Made by a program: the position numbers and the translations under genes | Source of the DNA: Candidatus Omnitrophota bacterium | GTDB lineage: Bacteria; Omnitrophota; Gorgyraeia; Tantalellales; Tantalellaceae | DNA length: 64,000 nt | Assembly (NCBI GenBank): GCA_015231405.1 | Contig: JADGBR010000005.1 | Span: 40,034 to 104,033 of the forward strand | Direction: 5' to 3' | Shown: positions 1 to 15,300 of the stretch, one piece after another | Numbering within the stretch: the first letter of the stretch is position 1 | Layout of the letters: each line of letters starts with the position of its first letter | Notes under the pieces: model-generated | Told to the model about the DNA's origin: nothing | The model's database searches: none | The model's input: the letters and a program-made list of their open reading frames with translations, nothing else

Positions 1-13
1 AGTATTTGCCGCG

Positions 14-343
14 GTGTGCGCCGTCTCTTCTTTCGTCGCCTTCACCATGCTAAGAGGCAGTACGCTTAGTGGCCTCTCCTCGAGAACGCTTTTGATCTTC
101 CCGGCCCTCTCTTACGCGTTCTCATCATTTTATTTCACCGCGGCGCGGGTCAAATGGGCGATCTTGCCGGACTACCTGCGCGTTCTTTTCCTCTCGCATT
201 TATCGGTATGTCTCGTCTCGGCCTTTTCACTCGTCGTTTTCGCGGTTCAACTCGCTAACATTAAACGGTTCACACGTATCATGGATGAGCACTTGTCGAA
301 GACCCGGCCCGACGATATGGAGACGGATATTTCCGTCCAATAG
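14..343 (+). CDS. hypothetical small hydrophobic protein (uncertain; convergent to the end of the giant gene)
   Basis: 109-aa ORF with hydrophobic stretches; no recognisable motif; no competing minus-strand ORF in the first 375 nt. Confidence 0.2.
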   Translation: MCAVSSFVAFTMLRGSTLSGLSSRTLLIFPALSYAFSSFYFTAARVKWAILPDYLRVLFLSHLSVCLVSAFSLVVFAVQLANIKRFTRIMDEHLSKTRPDDMETDISVQ

Positions 344-375
344 AGACTGTGCACGGGTGCGCGGTTTGTTGTGAT

Positions 376-3300
376 TTACACCGATCTCATAAACCGCAGG
401 AACTTTTCGAAACGGTCGGCTTTTCCTCCGCCGGGGGAACGTTCTATTTTGGGGAGAATGGTGAAAACCATGAAACCCAGCTCGGGGTCGTTCGATATGT
501 CGTCTATGCCAAGCTCTTCGAGGTTTATTCCCCTCTTTTCGAGCCCGGCCATGAAAGTATTGACATCTACGTTGAGGAGTTCCTTATTGAGCGATAGTGC
601 CACTATTTCAGCCAGGGGATAATAATATCCGGGATAGAACGCCTTCTCTTTTTCGTTCTGGCGGATCATGACCGGTCTCACGTCGGCTCCCATCCCTCTA
701 TATGAAGAGGCATTCGAAGCGTCACCGGTATAGACAAAAATATAGTTACCCTCCATATCCTTTCCGGAAACACCGTTCTCGTCCAGTTTCACCTCTAGGT
801 CCGCTTTATCCGTAAAAAATGTTAAAACGATATTATCGAGAAACCGGCGCATGTTCTTCTTTTCAACGTCTCCTCCCTCAAGTTTTACCACTGAATCTTT
901 CCACTCGTTGACAATCTTCTCGAATCTCTCTTTATCAAATCCCTTTTCCGTGACGCCATCTTCGATGGCCACTATAAGCATTTTCTCCGAACCCACCCGG
1001 CGCGTGAACCTCATGAACGCGGACTGTAAGGACCAGGCCAGCTCCTCCTCCTTCCTGATATCGCCTACGCAATCGGCGACGAGGTCTTCTATCCCGGTTT
1101 TTTTTTCGGCGTTTTCCTTAGCCTCGGACACCGCCCGGTAAAGGGTTATTGCCGGTTGGCTCTCTTTGGCCATGCGCGGGGCTATGATAACCCCTTCCGG
1201 CATCTCGGCGCCTTCCTCATGGCCTGTATAAATTTTTATCAAGTCCACATCCCAGTCTATGCCGGCCGCACGGAGATCATCCCTTGTCAAAGCGAGCATG
1301 CTGCGGTCGTTTCCGGGATCCTTCGCCGTTCCGACCGAATCGGCGAGTATAACTACCCTTTTCAAACCGAACTGCTTTATCATACGCATGACGCTCGCGC
1401 CTTTTGTTATAGCTATGACGTCTACGCCTCCGGAGGAAGTCACGACTTCGACTGAAGAGGATATCTTCCCGGACCGTTTAAGTTCATCTATTACCACGCG
1501 TAGCCGCCGCGCCATATCGAACCTTTTGGGTTTCAGGTCGACCTCGTCTTCCAGATATATCGTAACCCCGCCTTTTTCAGCCTTTATCCTTATATGGTCG
1601 GCTCTTTTATTATCGATACTTTCTGCCATGATCGTCTCGAGTAAGGCTTTTTTAGCTGCTTTCCGGACTTCCTCTACGGCGCCGTCACCCCCGATCACGG
1701 ACCTGACAAAACCCTCAATATCCCCGGTACGGCCGTCTTTCCTTAAAAGCCGGCCATCCGCGCCTGTATTAGTAAGGATCCGGTACGGCGTATCCGCGCC
1801 GATGGCGGACGCCCTCTCTATCCCTCCCATCCTTATCATGAAATCATCCCAGGGAAGACCCGTAACCGTAAAATTCAATACTCCGTTCATCGACATCCCC
1901 GCCCGCGCCTGTATCGTATCGTCCGACGCCACCCGATCGTCCCTGTCCCTGTCGACGCCATCAAAATCTGAGAATACCCCGTCCACACCCGCCAACCTTA
2001 GCGCATCGCCAAGAACTTCTTCATATGCCACGGCACGGATCCCGACCCCTTCACTTACAAGGCCCATGACCGCCCCGGCTATCTCTTCAAGCGGCAGGTT
2101 CCGGGCTCCCGGAACCGCCTCGAGCACTTTAGAAGGCATCTTTCCGGCCCCGGCGAACGGCCCGTCGGGATCGACTTTCTGGGTAATTATCTCCGCTCCG
2201 GCGGAAGCCGCCTTTTCGGCTCCCAATACCCCGTCATAGCCTAAGCCTGAAGTCTGTATGATGATTACCTTATCTCTGAAAAGTTCCGCCGCGGAAGAAT
2301 ACAACACATCTATCGCTCCGGCTTCCTCAAACTGATGGCAATCCGTTTCATCCCTGAATACCCGCGCGACCGTCCAGCCTTCGCTATCCCTCAGAACATA
2401 AACGAACTTCGCAATAACGGCCATACCTTTTTCGAGGATAATATCCTTTGTCCGGCTGTCGCCGAAATATTCATTATCAGCCAGAACAATGTTCCGTCCC
2501 GACTCACGAATGAAACGTGCGAAGTCCCCCCCGGCCAATTTTGCAAAATGGTCCAGATGCTCCGCCGCCACGACCGGAGGATGATCCGCGGGAAGCCTTT
2601 TAATTATCTCCTCAAGTGCTTGGTAACCGTACCGCGACCCGCCTATCGCTATTATGTTCCCGATTTCTCCGGTCTTTACGGTCGCGCTTTCCTGTTCGGC
2701 CGCGTTCATGGCCGGCGCTTCTTTTCCCTTCTTCATGACAAAAACGGCGCTCCCTTTGGCGTGGATCTTGAACTCAAGTTTTCCATCACGGATATTGTGC
2801 GCCAGACCGCTCACCCGGTCGGTGATCGACGCCCCGGCGTATCCCTCTCCCGGAAGAAAAGAGATATCCTGGTCGACCTCGCTCGTATTGAAGAAGATAA
2901 AAGCGTTCTCCCCTTTATACCTCCTCAGCATGACCACGAGCCTCCTCTCGTCATCGGCGGAAACTATCTCGAAAGAGCCGTATTTCAGAGACGGGGTTTC
3001 GTTGCGGAGGCGGGCCATCTTCCTGTAGTGTTCGCGGAGTTCGATGTCGGGTTTACCGGCGGCCGTTTCTTCCCAGAGCATGGGCCTGCGGCAACCGGGA
3101 TCGTTATCTCCCGGAAGGCCTATCTCGTCGCCGTAGTAAATAACAGGCATACCGGGAGCGGTCAAAAGGTATGTGGCGAGCTGTTTTGAGACCTTTCTGG
3201 CCGCGTCGATCTCATCCGGGCCGGCCTCGAGCTTATAACTGCCGTCAAGGACCACTTGCCCGTTCTCGTATCCGGAATGATTACGGACCCTCGCGTAATC

Positions 3301-6300
3301 ACCGTAAGCCATATGGTCAACTCTTTCCTTGGGCGGATTCGGTTCAAGACGCGCCGTCGCTATCCTCTCGGTGTCATGGGTGCCAAGCGAGTTAAAGATC
3401 GTATCCCTCAGACGGGCAGGATACAGCCCCGCGAGCCCCTCTATAGCCCTTACGAATGTGCTGGGCTTCAATCCGTCTATGAATAACCGCGCTGACGCCC
3501 ACAGGAATGGATAGTTCATCGTGGAGTCAGAAGTTCCTTCGTTCATCTGTTCATAGGTATTACCCCAATCCGGTTCCGAAATAACAATGGCCTCCGGGTC
3601 GATCGCTTTCATCATGCCGTAAAGCTGCTTCCTGAATTTTGGGTGCAGCTGGCATTCGACGTCAAGCCTCCATCCGTCTATGCCACGAGCCGCTTTTCCG
3701 TCCACTGTCCCGGGGATCATCCATCTTTTCAGGATATTATTGACGTACTCCACATACCCGCGCGGATAATTCCCCTCGTTATCGCGTCTCAATTCGGGTA
3801 AAGCGTCGACATCTCCCCACCAGCCTTCCCATCCGAAACTACCGTCATCATTCCTCCACCACTTATACCAATCAAAAAACGGAGATGGTTCGCCTCTTTT
3901 CGTCTTCTCGATAATATCCTGTAACGCGAAAAATTGATTCCCTGTATGGTTGAACACCCCGTCCAGCACCACCTTTATCCCTTTCTCATGGGCTTCGCTT
4001 ATGAGTCGCATGAAAAGTTTATCGGCGCTTGTCCATACCCACTTATTCGGGTCAAGCGGATCCTCTGTCTCGATAAGCCTCATATCCCCTTCGGGATCGG
4101 GCCCGAACCACGGGTCTATATGGTGCAATGTTTTCGCGTTATACTTATGGTGGGTGTCGGCCCAGAAAACCGGGTTGAAATAAATGAACCCTATACCCAT
4201 ATCTTTCAAATAATCAAGTTCATCTATGACTCCCTGAAGATCGCCGCCGTATTCCCTCGTCCAAAGAATAGAGTCCGGGTGTTGGCCATGGCTTTCGGCC
4301 CATTTTTTCTCAAAGTCGGTCAGCTCATACCACGGTTTGTCCCAGGATACGGGGCCGATGGAATAAATCCGGCCATGTCCCGCGGGTATCTTATCCCGGG
4401 GTTTATTATTACCAAGCGACTTCTTGAAACGATCCACCATGATCTGGTACCCGACCTCTCCCGCGAATTCACCGAACGGCGAACTCTCGAGCGCGGGTTC
4501 GGGCGCCGCGAGCGCGACCCGCGCGTCGATGACCGCCGGCCGGGCCGCGAGTTCGGACGGAACAGGCTTCGGAGGCTGTACGCCGCGGAGTTTGTTCAGA
4601 TAATAGTGTATATCCGCCTTTATATATTTGACCCTGAACGGTTCGCCCGGTTCATAATGCCCCGCGGTTTTCCCGCCGGAAGCGTCGTCTCCGCCTGTCC
4701 AGAATATCCGGAAGATCGTGGCCCCTTCGGATAAAGGCGCCCCCCATCGGCCGTCGGGGAGCTCGCGTATAGCCGTATAATGGACATTCGCCCAGGACTT
4801 CTCGTCCGGAAGTAATGTGCCGGACCAGACGAAGCCTTTCGGAAGTTTTTCGGGGTTCGGCCCCGAAACGGCTATACCCGCGGGTATCCCTTCGTAGGCC
4901 CAGATCTGGTGGCCGTCGGTGAAGGGATCGTAATACTCCGTATCTTCGGGCGGGCATGCCTGCCTGCCGGCAAGGCAGGGGGCATCCGCCTTCGCCAAGG
5001 CTACGACGGACAGGTGGAGCTTGGGGCTTGGGGCTTGGGTTATCGTATCATCATCGGCTACGGACGCCACTTCCTTCAATTGAGAAAAAACAGTGAATGG
5101 GTTAATGGAAAGATCCTCCCGATAACGTTCGTAATATTCAAACCGAATAATCTCGTTGATATCGAACCCGCCGGCTAACAACCCTTCTGTCTCCGTACGC
5201 GTCTTATCGAAGTTTTTTTGCGCCCATTCCCAAATAGCGCTGGAAGAAAGGTCTATTCCTTCAAGTATCTCAAAATGAAGATGCGGACACGCTTCCGAAG
5301 CTATTTCCCCGATAATATCACCCTGTTTTACTTCTTCCCCGGAATTTAATTTTGAATATACATGGCGGTATAAACTAACCTTCCCCTTACCATGATCAAT
5401 AACAACAGAATTAAAACTTGTCCCGGCTGATTTTTGTCCGATAAACACTCTCCCCGGTAAAACTGCCCTGACAGAGGTGCCTACTTTTACGGGGTTCGTC
5501 TCTCCTGCCTCATTTTGATATTCATAAAAATCTATCCCCTCATGGTCAGGCCATGAATCCTGATACGACGCCCCTTCCCGCCCTGATCTCCAGTTCCACC
5601 TGGACCCATACCCGGTTCCCTTGCGAAACACAAACCTCTTAAATCCCGGCAGGTCTTTTGTATCAATAGGCAATACCGGAACCCCATGCCCTTCAAGCTG
5701 TTCCGTAAACATCTCAATATCACCGAGCGTCGCTTGAGGGCCGGCGAAATTTGTGTTGAAGAAATTCTGCCATCCGGGAATGCCGTGATAGCGGTTCTCG
5801 CCTACGTTGACGATAATGTCTATCCCCTCGGTGCCTACGGCGTTCCCGTCGTTCCAGTACTCCCACAGCTGGTCGCCGTAAAGGGCGAGAAGTTCATGTT
5901 TATCCCGGCCGAGATGGTCGATAAGCCTGAGGAGCCCTTCGGATTTCTGGAGGCCCCAGCTCTCAAAAACGACCTTATAAGAATCGGACAGAACGTCGTA
6001 AATAAAAGCCTGTTTGCCGCCGCATAATATGACCGGGATATTGGAAAGTAAATGGAGCTTACCTCTTTCGGCAAAATAACCTCTCATTATCTCGTAAAAC
6101 CTTTTATAGAACCACTCATTGTCCCCCTTGGTATTAAATACAAGCACCCCGCCTTTTTCCACATAACGCTCTACCGCGCCGAGCACCTCATCGTTCATAT
6201 CCGCGCCAAATTTAAGCAATGTATCGTCAATATCGGCGGATATTACAGGGGTTTTACCCGAACCCATAATGCGAGCCAGCCTGTCTTTTAACGCCTGGGC

Positions 6301-9300
6301 CCTGTCAGCCGGTTCATACAGCCCCTCGCCGGCATACGCCCCCGTGACCGGATCGTTCTTAATGTCTATTTCGCTTATCCCTATCCTGTCCTTAGTGACA
6401 TCGCCTTCGGGGATCCTGATATTACAGGCGAACTTAAGACGCCCGTCCATTTCCCTCGCGTAGAATATAAATTCGTCGCCTCTGGCGCCGAGCGGCGACA
6501 AGCCGAGCTTGATGTAATCGGTCCCTCCCAGTTTAACGACGAGACCCTCGTTCAGGGCGTATTCGAGCGGAGTTCTTTCATCGCCAATAGGGGGATAATG
6601 CGGACAAACCAGGCGGAGCGACCTGGCCAGTTCCGCTATTTTCCGGGCATTGTCGCCCTCCGCCAGGACTTTATGAACAGCGTTGATATCCATGGGAATA
6701 TCCGACGGCATGCTGAGACCAGGATTACTCCCGGCCCCCAGGACTTTGACGCGGACATCTTCCACTTTAAGTGCCGGACTCCCGGCGGAAACGGTTCCCG
6801 TCTTGGCAGGTTCCGTCAATACGCCCCTTTCAGGCCAGATCTCGAATACATGAACCTCCCTGGGCGCAAGTTTATAATAGATGCTCCCTTCCGGACGACC
6901 GAGCGCGTCCCCTTTGGAAAACACATTGATCCCCGGCATAAATTTAATGACATCATACGAAGAACGGTCAAATAGCTCGAACTCTTTCCCCGGATCGATG
7001 CCCATAGTATGCAGCTCGACTGGCGTTATCCCTTCAATAGTGCTGTCCGACATGTTTCTTATACCGACGGCGTATCCGCCCCTGCCGTCCAATGGATAGC
7101 GGAAAACAGTGACTTTCTCATCCGCTGAAAGGATGACGATCTCTTTGGTGGTTAAAATATCCCGGAACACCCATGGCGATCTTATTGAAGAAACTTCCCT
7201 GATCAGTTCCGCCGTTCTATTGAACTCTTTATATCTTTCCAGGAATATTCCCTGTTGTTCTCCGGGTAAAAGCGCCCGGATAAATCTGGCGAGCGGTGGA
7301 ACTGTCCTTTTGTCAGAAGGTATCAACTGTTTGACATCAGTGAACCTGGCCTCTCCGCTGGCCAGAGACCTGATAAGTCCGAGCGCCTGGAAACTCGTGA
7401 CATCGCCCGGAAGGGTCAGGCGGATCCCGCGTTCTGTCACGATCAAACGAAAATTATGAAGACCGTATTCGTTCTGCGTCGCGCCGTCTTTATCCACCCA
7501 GTGGGCTAAAAGCTTGATATTATGTATCGCGGCCGTGATCTCGGCAAGCTGGCTGAATATCTCTTCTTCCACCCTTCGAACGGTGACGCCAAACCTCGCC
7601 GCTATCGCGGCTATGGCCTCCGGAGTAACATTGCTCAGACGTTTACCGTCTTCCTCATAATCGTATAGGACAAGACCGCGGTTCTTTATCTCGCTTTCCG
7701 GGAACTCTAGCGGTACTCCGTAAAGCTCATATGTGCCGGGCGTGAGGTATATCTTCTGTTTCCACGGGACGATATATCCTCTAAGCGGATATATCCCTCT
7801 TATCCTGTCTATTATGCCTGACCGTTTATCGCACGCGGTATCGAGCCTCGCCGGATTATCCCCGGGAATAAGGGCCTCGAAAGCGGAACCGATAGTTCCG
7901 TCGCCGTTCCTTGTGAATACTATATGCCGCCTGAACGATTCGCTGACGGGGGTCATGAAAAGATCTTTTCCGATACGGATATACAGCCCCTCTTCCAGCG
8001 CGAATTGAAGCGGCGGCCTCGTATCGTACCGCGTCAGGTCGTACGGACAAGCGTTCCGGCACAATGTAGCGGTCTTGAGGAAATCATAGATAGTCCCGTC
8101 ATCCCCGAAAACGGCCTCCATCGCTTCATCTTTTGATGATATGTCTTTCGTTATATTCAAGCCCGACGAAGCGCTTATTTCAGCCAGTTTTGCCCTGATA
8201 ATATCCTTATCATAAGCCCCTCCTTTGACCGGCTCACGGACCGCTCCGCCCTTGACCTTCATGGAAAGGTCGAGAGCGGAATTATCCCCTATGTACACAA
8301 CATGATCTAGCCTCTCGAGCGCCAATAAGGCAAGCCGTCCCTCGTGAGATCCGGGAGTTCCGCCGTACGGGATAAGCTCCGCCCTCAACTTCTCCCCGAG
8401 GTCTCGGCTAAGTTTCCTGACGATCGCGTCTATCTCAATCCGCGCAGCGGCGTCCGGAAGACCCTGCATACCCCGGGTGATCTGGGCGGCAAGCGATACC
8501 ATATCGCCCTCGCCGATAAAACGCTGGACGGTCAAGATATCCGTCCCTCCGCCTTCGGCCATACCTCCGGAGCCAGGGGTTTTATCACCGCTCAAGATGG
8601 GTATGGCATCTCTTGCGAGTTTCGCGAAATCCCTGTATTTTTCCGTTATTCTCTTCTTTCGTCCCCCGGCTGATGGAGTTGTCCCGGCAAGGCGTTTCAG
8701 CTCGTCCTCTATTCTTAGAGCGGCGGTGCGCCAGTCGTGGCCGTTCTTATGCGCCTCCACAACCAAGGCGATCAGTTCCCGAGCCGTCACGTTCTCATCC
8801 GAAGCTTTTCCATCAAGGTCCGCTAAATCGACTCCCGTAATGACGAATTCCGCGAGTGCTTTCTCGGCAGGCAATAATCTCGCGCCTCTCCCTCGAAGAT
8901 TTTGCGCGAGTTCGTTTAAACCCCTTTCTATTTTACGACCCCTGGAGACCACCCCTAATAGCACATTGATAAAATCATCGTATAAAGCGTAATGCCCCGG
9001 GCAACCTTCCGCTATATTCCGCGCGGCACGGCACCGCCCCGGAGCGTCTTTTATCCCGGGAAGGACCCGCCGGCAAAGCGCCATGAACATCTTATCCTTA
9101 TCAGGCATTTGTATCTCTTCTATCGAATAGTAAAGACGCATCGCCGTTCTCGACACGAAAGGATGCGCCTCCGACAAAATGCACTTCTTGAGCGCCCCGG
9201 CGAGCTTCATCGATGTTTCGGCCGGTATCAACATACTTTCAAGGCTGTAGGTGCTTTCCGGGAGTTCACCTATACCCCTCATCTGCCTCGTTTCGGCCAG

Positions 9301-12300
9301 ATCCATAAATTTTTGTTCCAGCGCCTCGAGCGCGGCGAAACTTCGGGCATCGTCATTACTTGAAGCCAGATCATCAACGACATCGCCGATGGTTTTACCA
9401 ATAAATAATTCATACTGGGTGTCCCCTCGCATAAACTCTTTCATAACGGCATAAGAATTCCAGCCATATCCCGTCAAAGCATCACGATACGCCTTTTTCC
9501 ATATTACGCCGCGCCATTCCTTCCCAAAAAGTGATGGAGAAAAAGCGACGGATGAATCTTCCAATTTTGACAAAAGCGCTTCGGGTGCGCCGTTACTCAA
9601 AGACACGGCGAATTCCAACACAACCAGCAGTATACGGTCGAGATGTGTCCCTAGAGATTCCGTGTCAATGTAATCAGCCGCCCTTATAACTATCTCCCTC
9701 AACTCATCCCGGAATTTCTCGCCGATCAATTCCATGGCCGCGGATGCGTCCTCAACATTTATATGGGTATATTCCACACCATCCGAGTGCCCCAGATCTA
9801 TTAGCTTTTCAGATTTAACGCCCCAAATGAACGACAGGAAAGAATAGATCGTTTCTGCCGCCGTGTTCCCGTCATACTTCTCCATTACCGCCTTTATCGT
9901 TGTTTCCGTATAAGCGTCGTATTTCCTTCTCAAAAGTTCCATCATCGCCATACAGAGGACATCTTCCATTTTTATTTCGCTGGCGACGACCCGTCCGAAA
10001 ATCGCAGGCACCGCGAGAAGATCCGCCATTTCAGGGACATCGTTGATCAGCTTCGCGTAATAATCCCTTATGAGCTCCCTCAATTCCGGGTACTTTACGA
10101 CCGCGGCGACGAACCGCCGGGTCGCTTCGTCCATCCTTCGACCGATATCGTTCTTTTCTCTTTCGGCCAGGAACTTCGCTTCAGCGTCTGAGGTGGGTTT
10201 ATAAGCTTTAATATGCTCTTCAGCGTCAGGATACCTCGCTACGGCGGCTAACCATGAAAAGAACTCCGAATTGAGATTGTCACCCGGATAAGCTCTCAAC
10301 GCGGACATGTAGGCGATAAAACTTTCTTTTAATTCTTTAGTCTCTTCACGCGCATCGTCGGACCCGTTCACGATCCGGGATATTTCCGCCACCGAAACGG
10401 ATTCCGATGTATATCCCTCCGTTACGTCCATCCTCTCCCCTCGCGCCGTTATAGCGGCCTCTATAGCTTCATGGTAGACAATATGCCCGTTATCGACCGG
10501 CCTATAAACGAACGCGGCCATTGGATATCCCATGACCGCCGCGATAATAAGTTTATCCTTTAGCGTGAGGTAATGCCCGTCACCCTCTATTCCCTTCGTC
10601 CTCGACTCCAGCATCGAGAGCATCGCCATCATCTGCACCGGCGAAAAAGAGCACCCTAGGAATACGGCGCCTTCGCCACCATTAAAACCCGCCATCACAT
10701 ACCGCCATTCGCTGAAATCATCCACATATATAACGCGCCCCGAACCCTTGATGTCGCCGTTCAATATTGGGCTAAGGGCCCTCGTAAGGCGGACGAATTC
10801 ACGATGTTTCTTGTCCCATTCCCGGGCCGCCTGGCCTTGACCCTCACCGTCCCCGGCCAGACGTTTCAATGTCAGTTCTATCGCTTCGGCCTTTCTTCTC
10901 CAATCCTCGCCGGCATCAAACGCGCGCTTTATACGGCTGATAAGCTCCTCTACCGGAACGCGCGGATCCGCGGCCGCACCAGTCTCATCCTCCATCATTA
11001 GCGGAGAGAACAACCCGGGCATAAGCGCGGCTAAAGTGTCGTATATTGCGTGTCCCCGTGTATTGACGTAATACCTCGCGAATCGGACGCTAGCGTAAGT
11101 TCCGCCCATAACTATCGCCAAACCCGCCCAATAGCCAAGAATAAAACCGAACGATGAAACGTATATCCCCGCCGATACTGTAAGCCCCATGGCCGCCCAT
11201 ACGCCGATAAGCGCGAGGGGCCTAGTCACCCTGTCTCGCAAATAACCCCATTTGGAATCTTTCCAGGCGGTATTCTTATGCTTTGGAAGAAAGCCAATGA
11301 TCGCCAGGAGGTCTCTCCATTCACGTTTAGCTGTTTCAAGGGAATAGGCCCACTTTTCATTAAAAGTCATCGGCCGGAAAACAAGAGTCGGCATGACCAG
11401 TTGCTGTTTTCGTTCTATTAGGGACCCATCATCCCATATTTCATCGTCAATATTCATTTCCAATAGTTCCCGGAGCTTCATCCCTAGCGAAGCCGCTTCT
11501 CGTATGATCTTGTTCGTTATCCCGTAATTGTCTATTTTTCTCGCCTCAACGCCGCCCGATGCGATGATCACGTTCACACCCGGGAAAGTCCTCCTGATAT
11601 CCCCGATAAGGCTTTCCCTCTTCGTAGCCATTATCGCCTTACCTCGAGGGGTTTCATCCAGCCAATCGCCGTATTTTCTGAGACGCTCCGGCTGTTCTTT
11701 CTCAGCGGCAAGATACTCGGAATAACTCGTTTCCAAATAACCGTAACCGAATTTTTCGAAACTGAACGCGAGGATGGCGTTCTTATATTCCCGCTCGGGG
11801 ACATTTCTGATCGTCGTATTATATATCCTCGAGCGTTCAAGATTCCCGTTGATGATCAGGTTCGCCGTTACAAGATCGGTCTTTTGGGGAAAATCCTTAT
11901 CGGACCTTCTCGTCCCGAGTTCCCGCGTGTCTACCGCCTGCGGATCGTTCTCAATACATACAACATCACTGGCCCCAAGAAGAAAAGCCGCGTTACCGAT
12001 AACGGCATTGCGGCTGAACGCGTCAATAAATGTATGCCCTTCGATATTCTTTCGCTCGGCCTGCATCGCTATCAGCTGCCCTATGGTCGAATCGAGATAA
12101 TAGGACCTGCCGCTAATGTACTTACCCGCCTTATAAGGGAACCACCCATAATGCCCTTCCGGGGCTATTTCCTCATACAGCTTGACGACATTTCGATACT
12201 TCGAGAGAAGAAGGTCCACGAGCGGTTCTCTACTCCCGGATCTGGCCGCGGCGTTCAATACAAACATGTCCCCGGCCCTGAAATAGACAGGCCCTTCGGC

Positions 12301-15300
12301 TCTAGTCGTTCCACTGCATCTGGTAAAAGCGTACCTCTCCCCGTTATACAGCACCGACCCGCGTTCGGTCTCCCAATTTTTAAGCCCGAATATCAAGTTC
12401 AAAGCCAGCTCGAACTCTTCGGCGGTCGGCATTTTCCCGTCCCCTGTGATGCCGTTCACATAAGCCTCAACTTCCCGATCAATGACCGCCGGGTCGATCA
12501 CGACCGGCGGCATAACGGGCTTGGCGGCCATCGCTTTACATCCTTCCGAAAGGAGGCTTAAGAGCCAAGGATAAGCTTTCTCGATACCATCCAGAAGACT
12601 AGCGCTCCATCCGGTTCCTCCGAACAACACCCGTCCCAATTCGTCAAAACTGAGCTCGATCGACCCCGCGTTTACAGGCCTCGTAAATTCGCCATGAAAA
12701 AGGTACGGGGCTAGTTCAATATCGTAACGGAGCGGTGTCCCCGGAATATGATCCGCGTCTAAAGAGTCCGCCAACATGAGCTGGACCACGTATCCCGGAC
12801 CATTCTCACCCCTGTCTTCGGGGTACCACATCCATGAGATCTCGGTCATCACTTTTTGTTTACCGTCATATTTGACCGAACCCGGTAATTTTTCTGAGTC
12901 CCAGCCTGTCTGGCCGGAGGCTTTCCCGGTCATAGCCGCATTAGCGCCCGGAATTGACACCCCCGTATCGAGCTGATCAAGAATGTATCCTCCGCCGGTT
13001 GGCAAGGGACCGTCCTGGTGTTCAATGCCGTATACTTTATGAAAAAAGGGGATGGCTGAGCTCCTCTTTATTTTTCCCGGGATATATCCCGCCAGGCTAT
13101 TTTTTCCAAGATATGAGCTCATAATTACCCAGGCCATCAGGAACCCGATAGCCCCGATACCCATGACCAGTAAGTAAGTATTCGGGACCATTAATAGAGC
13201 GAGAGCCGGTATCGCGGCGGGTTTAAGTTTTCGAAGGACCCGGACGGCACTGTCGGGGTCGTCCCTCATCCTCATGATAAGCCCTGCCGCCGGGAATGCG
13301 GTGAGTATGAACCCTATTCCTATGGCGGCCTTTTCGAACAATTCGGGTGAATAGTTGTAAGAAAGCGACAGCGCTACCGTCAGGATAACCGTAAGTACGA
13401 TGCCGTTCAGAAGATCGAGACGCGTTACACCCCCGCGACGGAATGAGCCTCCGGTCCGGATGACAGGCGGCTTTTCTCTTTTTTCGGAAGCCAGCCATTT
13501 TTTCAACTGGATAACTGCCAATACGAACGATCCCAGCTCGACCGCCGTAACGACAGCGTTGATGAAGAACCCCCTAAGCGACATGCCGTATCCGTGCCGG
13601 TTTTTTTTGTGTTTAGCTCTCGCTGAACGGTCGGCGAGTTTTTTCAGCCATACCATGAAGACCATACCGATCATCATGGGACCGATAACTGGTCCTCTCG
13701 CGTTTCTAGCTTCGCCGGGTATCGGTGCCGTTTTCTCGATCGCCGAGAGTATACGGCCAGGCAGGCTTTTCGTTTTCTCTTCGGTCGTTTCGCATACCGC
13801 GCAATTCCGTTTCCTTCGATCGCTCGTAAAAATTCCCCAGTTCTGCTCGGGTAGGCCGGAATATCCCATATATCCGCCCACGCCGGTCTTCCTGGCAAAA
13901 GCGATATCCCTTGCCGCCCGGTCCCCGGTATGACCTGCCGCGGGAGCGGTATTTTTAAAATGATCGTCTCCTTCGGCGATATTCATCAACCCTAGATATT
14001 TCATCGAGTCATCGTATCTGCCGGAGACCATTTTATTGAAATATTTCGGATCGAATTGACCGTGGGTCATATCTATAAAAACGGCTTTTTTTCCGCCAAG
14101 CCAGACCACGGTAACAACATGCCCTGTCCCTTTTTTCCGGCTCTCCGGAAGCTCTCCTGTCCCGGGCCTTAAAACCATCTCCATCTCTACCCTGTTCGGA
14201 GATACTCCGTCCATGGCTAAACCCAGGCGCCCGGCAAGCACATGCGCCATGGTATATGCCCCGCCCTCGCAAGAACCCGGATCAGCAGGATAAATCTTCC
14301 TAAAGGCCTCAAAAAACACAGGCGCTATTTTTTCGCATTCATCCAGCACCCTTTCGGCATCGATTACGCCGGGATCAACGTTCTTTCTTTTTGGGCGCGG
14401 CGCCTCGCTTGTCTTACCGCCGCGCTGGATCCATAGAACCGCGCCCGCGATGAGCGCTATAGATACTTGCGGCAAGTAGTTTGCCATGGCTGAACATATC
14501 ACCGCCGGTCCTCCGGGAACTACCATACAAAAAGCCGATATCGCTGACGACAGAACTATGATCCCAAGCATGATCAACGTGGGCCCGATCACAGGACTTC
14601 TGCTAGAGGCAACGGTATTCTCTACATTCCCCGGCTTGAAAACGGCGACAATACGATCCCTTTCCGGCCCAAGATCCTTTTTACTTATGACAAGAACCCG
14701 GTCCTTGTATTCCGGTTCGATTTCTCCGTATACGAGATCGATGCAGATATCATCGTCTATCTTTACCATATAACGGCCATGCCTATTGCCCCCAAGGTCC
14801 TTCACATCAGCTCTCGCCAGGGCGACAACATGTCCGGGAAAGGTGTTCGCCAGGACAGTAGCCAGATTATAGTTAGCCTCATAATTCAGCTCGTCATATG
14901 GGGGGAGCGGATATAAGGTCTCCGGCGCATACAGGGCTTCCGACAGCTCTTCCAGGACTTCGCTAAATACCCACTCTGAGCCTGAATTGAGCGCCGAGCT
15001 CAGTTCTTCGATATCAATATCGTCTTTATGGACCTTCCTCAGTAAACCACCGAGCATCCCCCTTAACCTGATCCGGCCCAATAAGACATCCTGGTCCTTC
15101 GAGAAGAACGCCTCTCGCTCAGATTTGGAATGAGCCAGCCATTCGACATCTGCCTCCGGCCGATCGACCAGCTTGTCCGTATCCGCTACCCTGAACACAA
15201 GCGTCGGATATATGTTGATATGTTCCCAGCCGTGTTTCGCATAGCTGTAACCCCACCCGTGCCGGATATCTACCATCCCTTCGGCTTTCATCCCCAGGGT

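Noticed and set aside
1259-2239. 326-aa plus-strand ORF (and many other plus-strand ORFs of 60-290 aa between 376 and 23106)
   Set aside because: Entirely antisense to the giant minus-strand ORF, whose HAD-IIB/GH13/M23 motifs decode cleanly; Ser/Pro/Thr/Ala-rich low-complexity translations typical of antisense frames in GC-balanced DNA.
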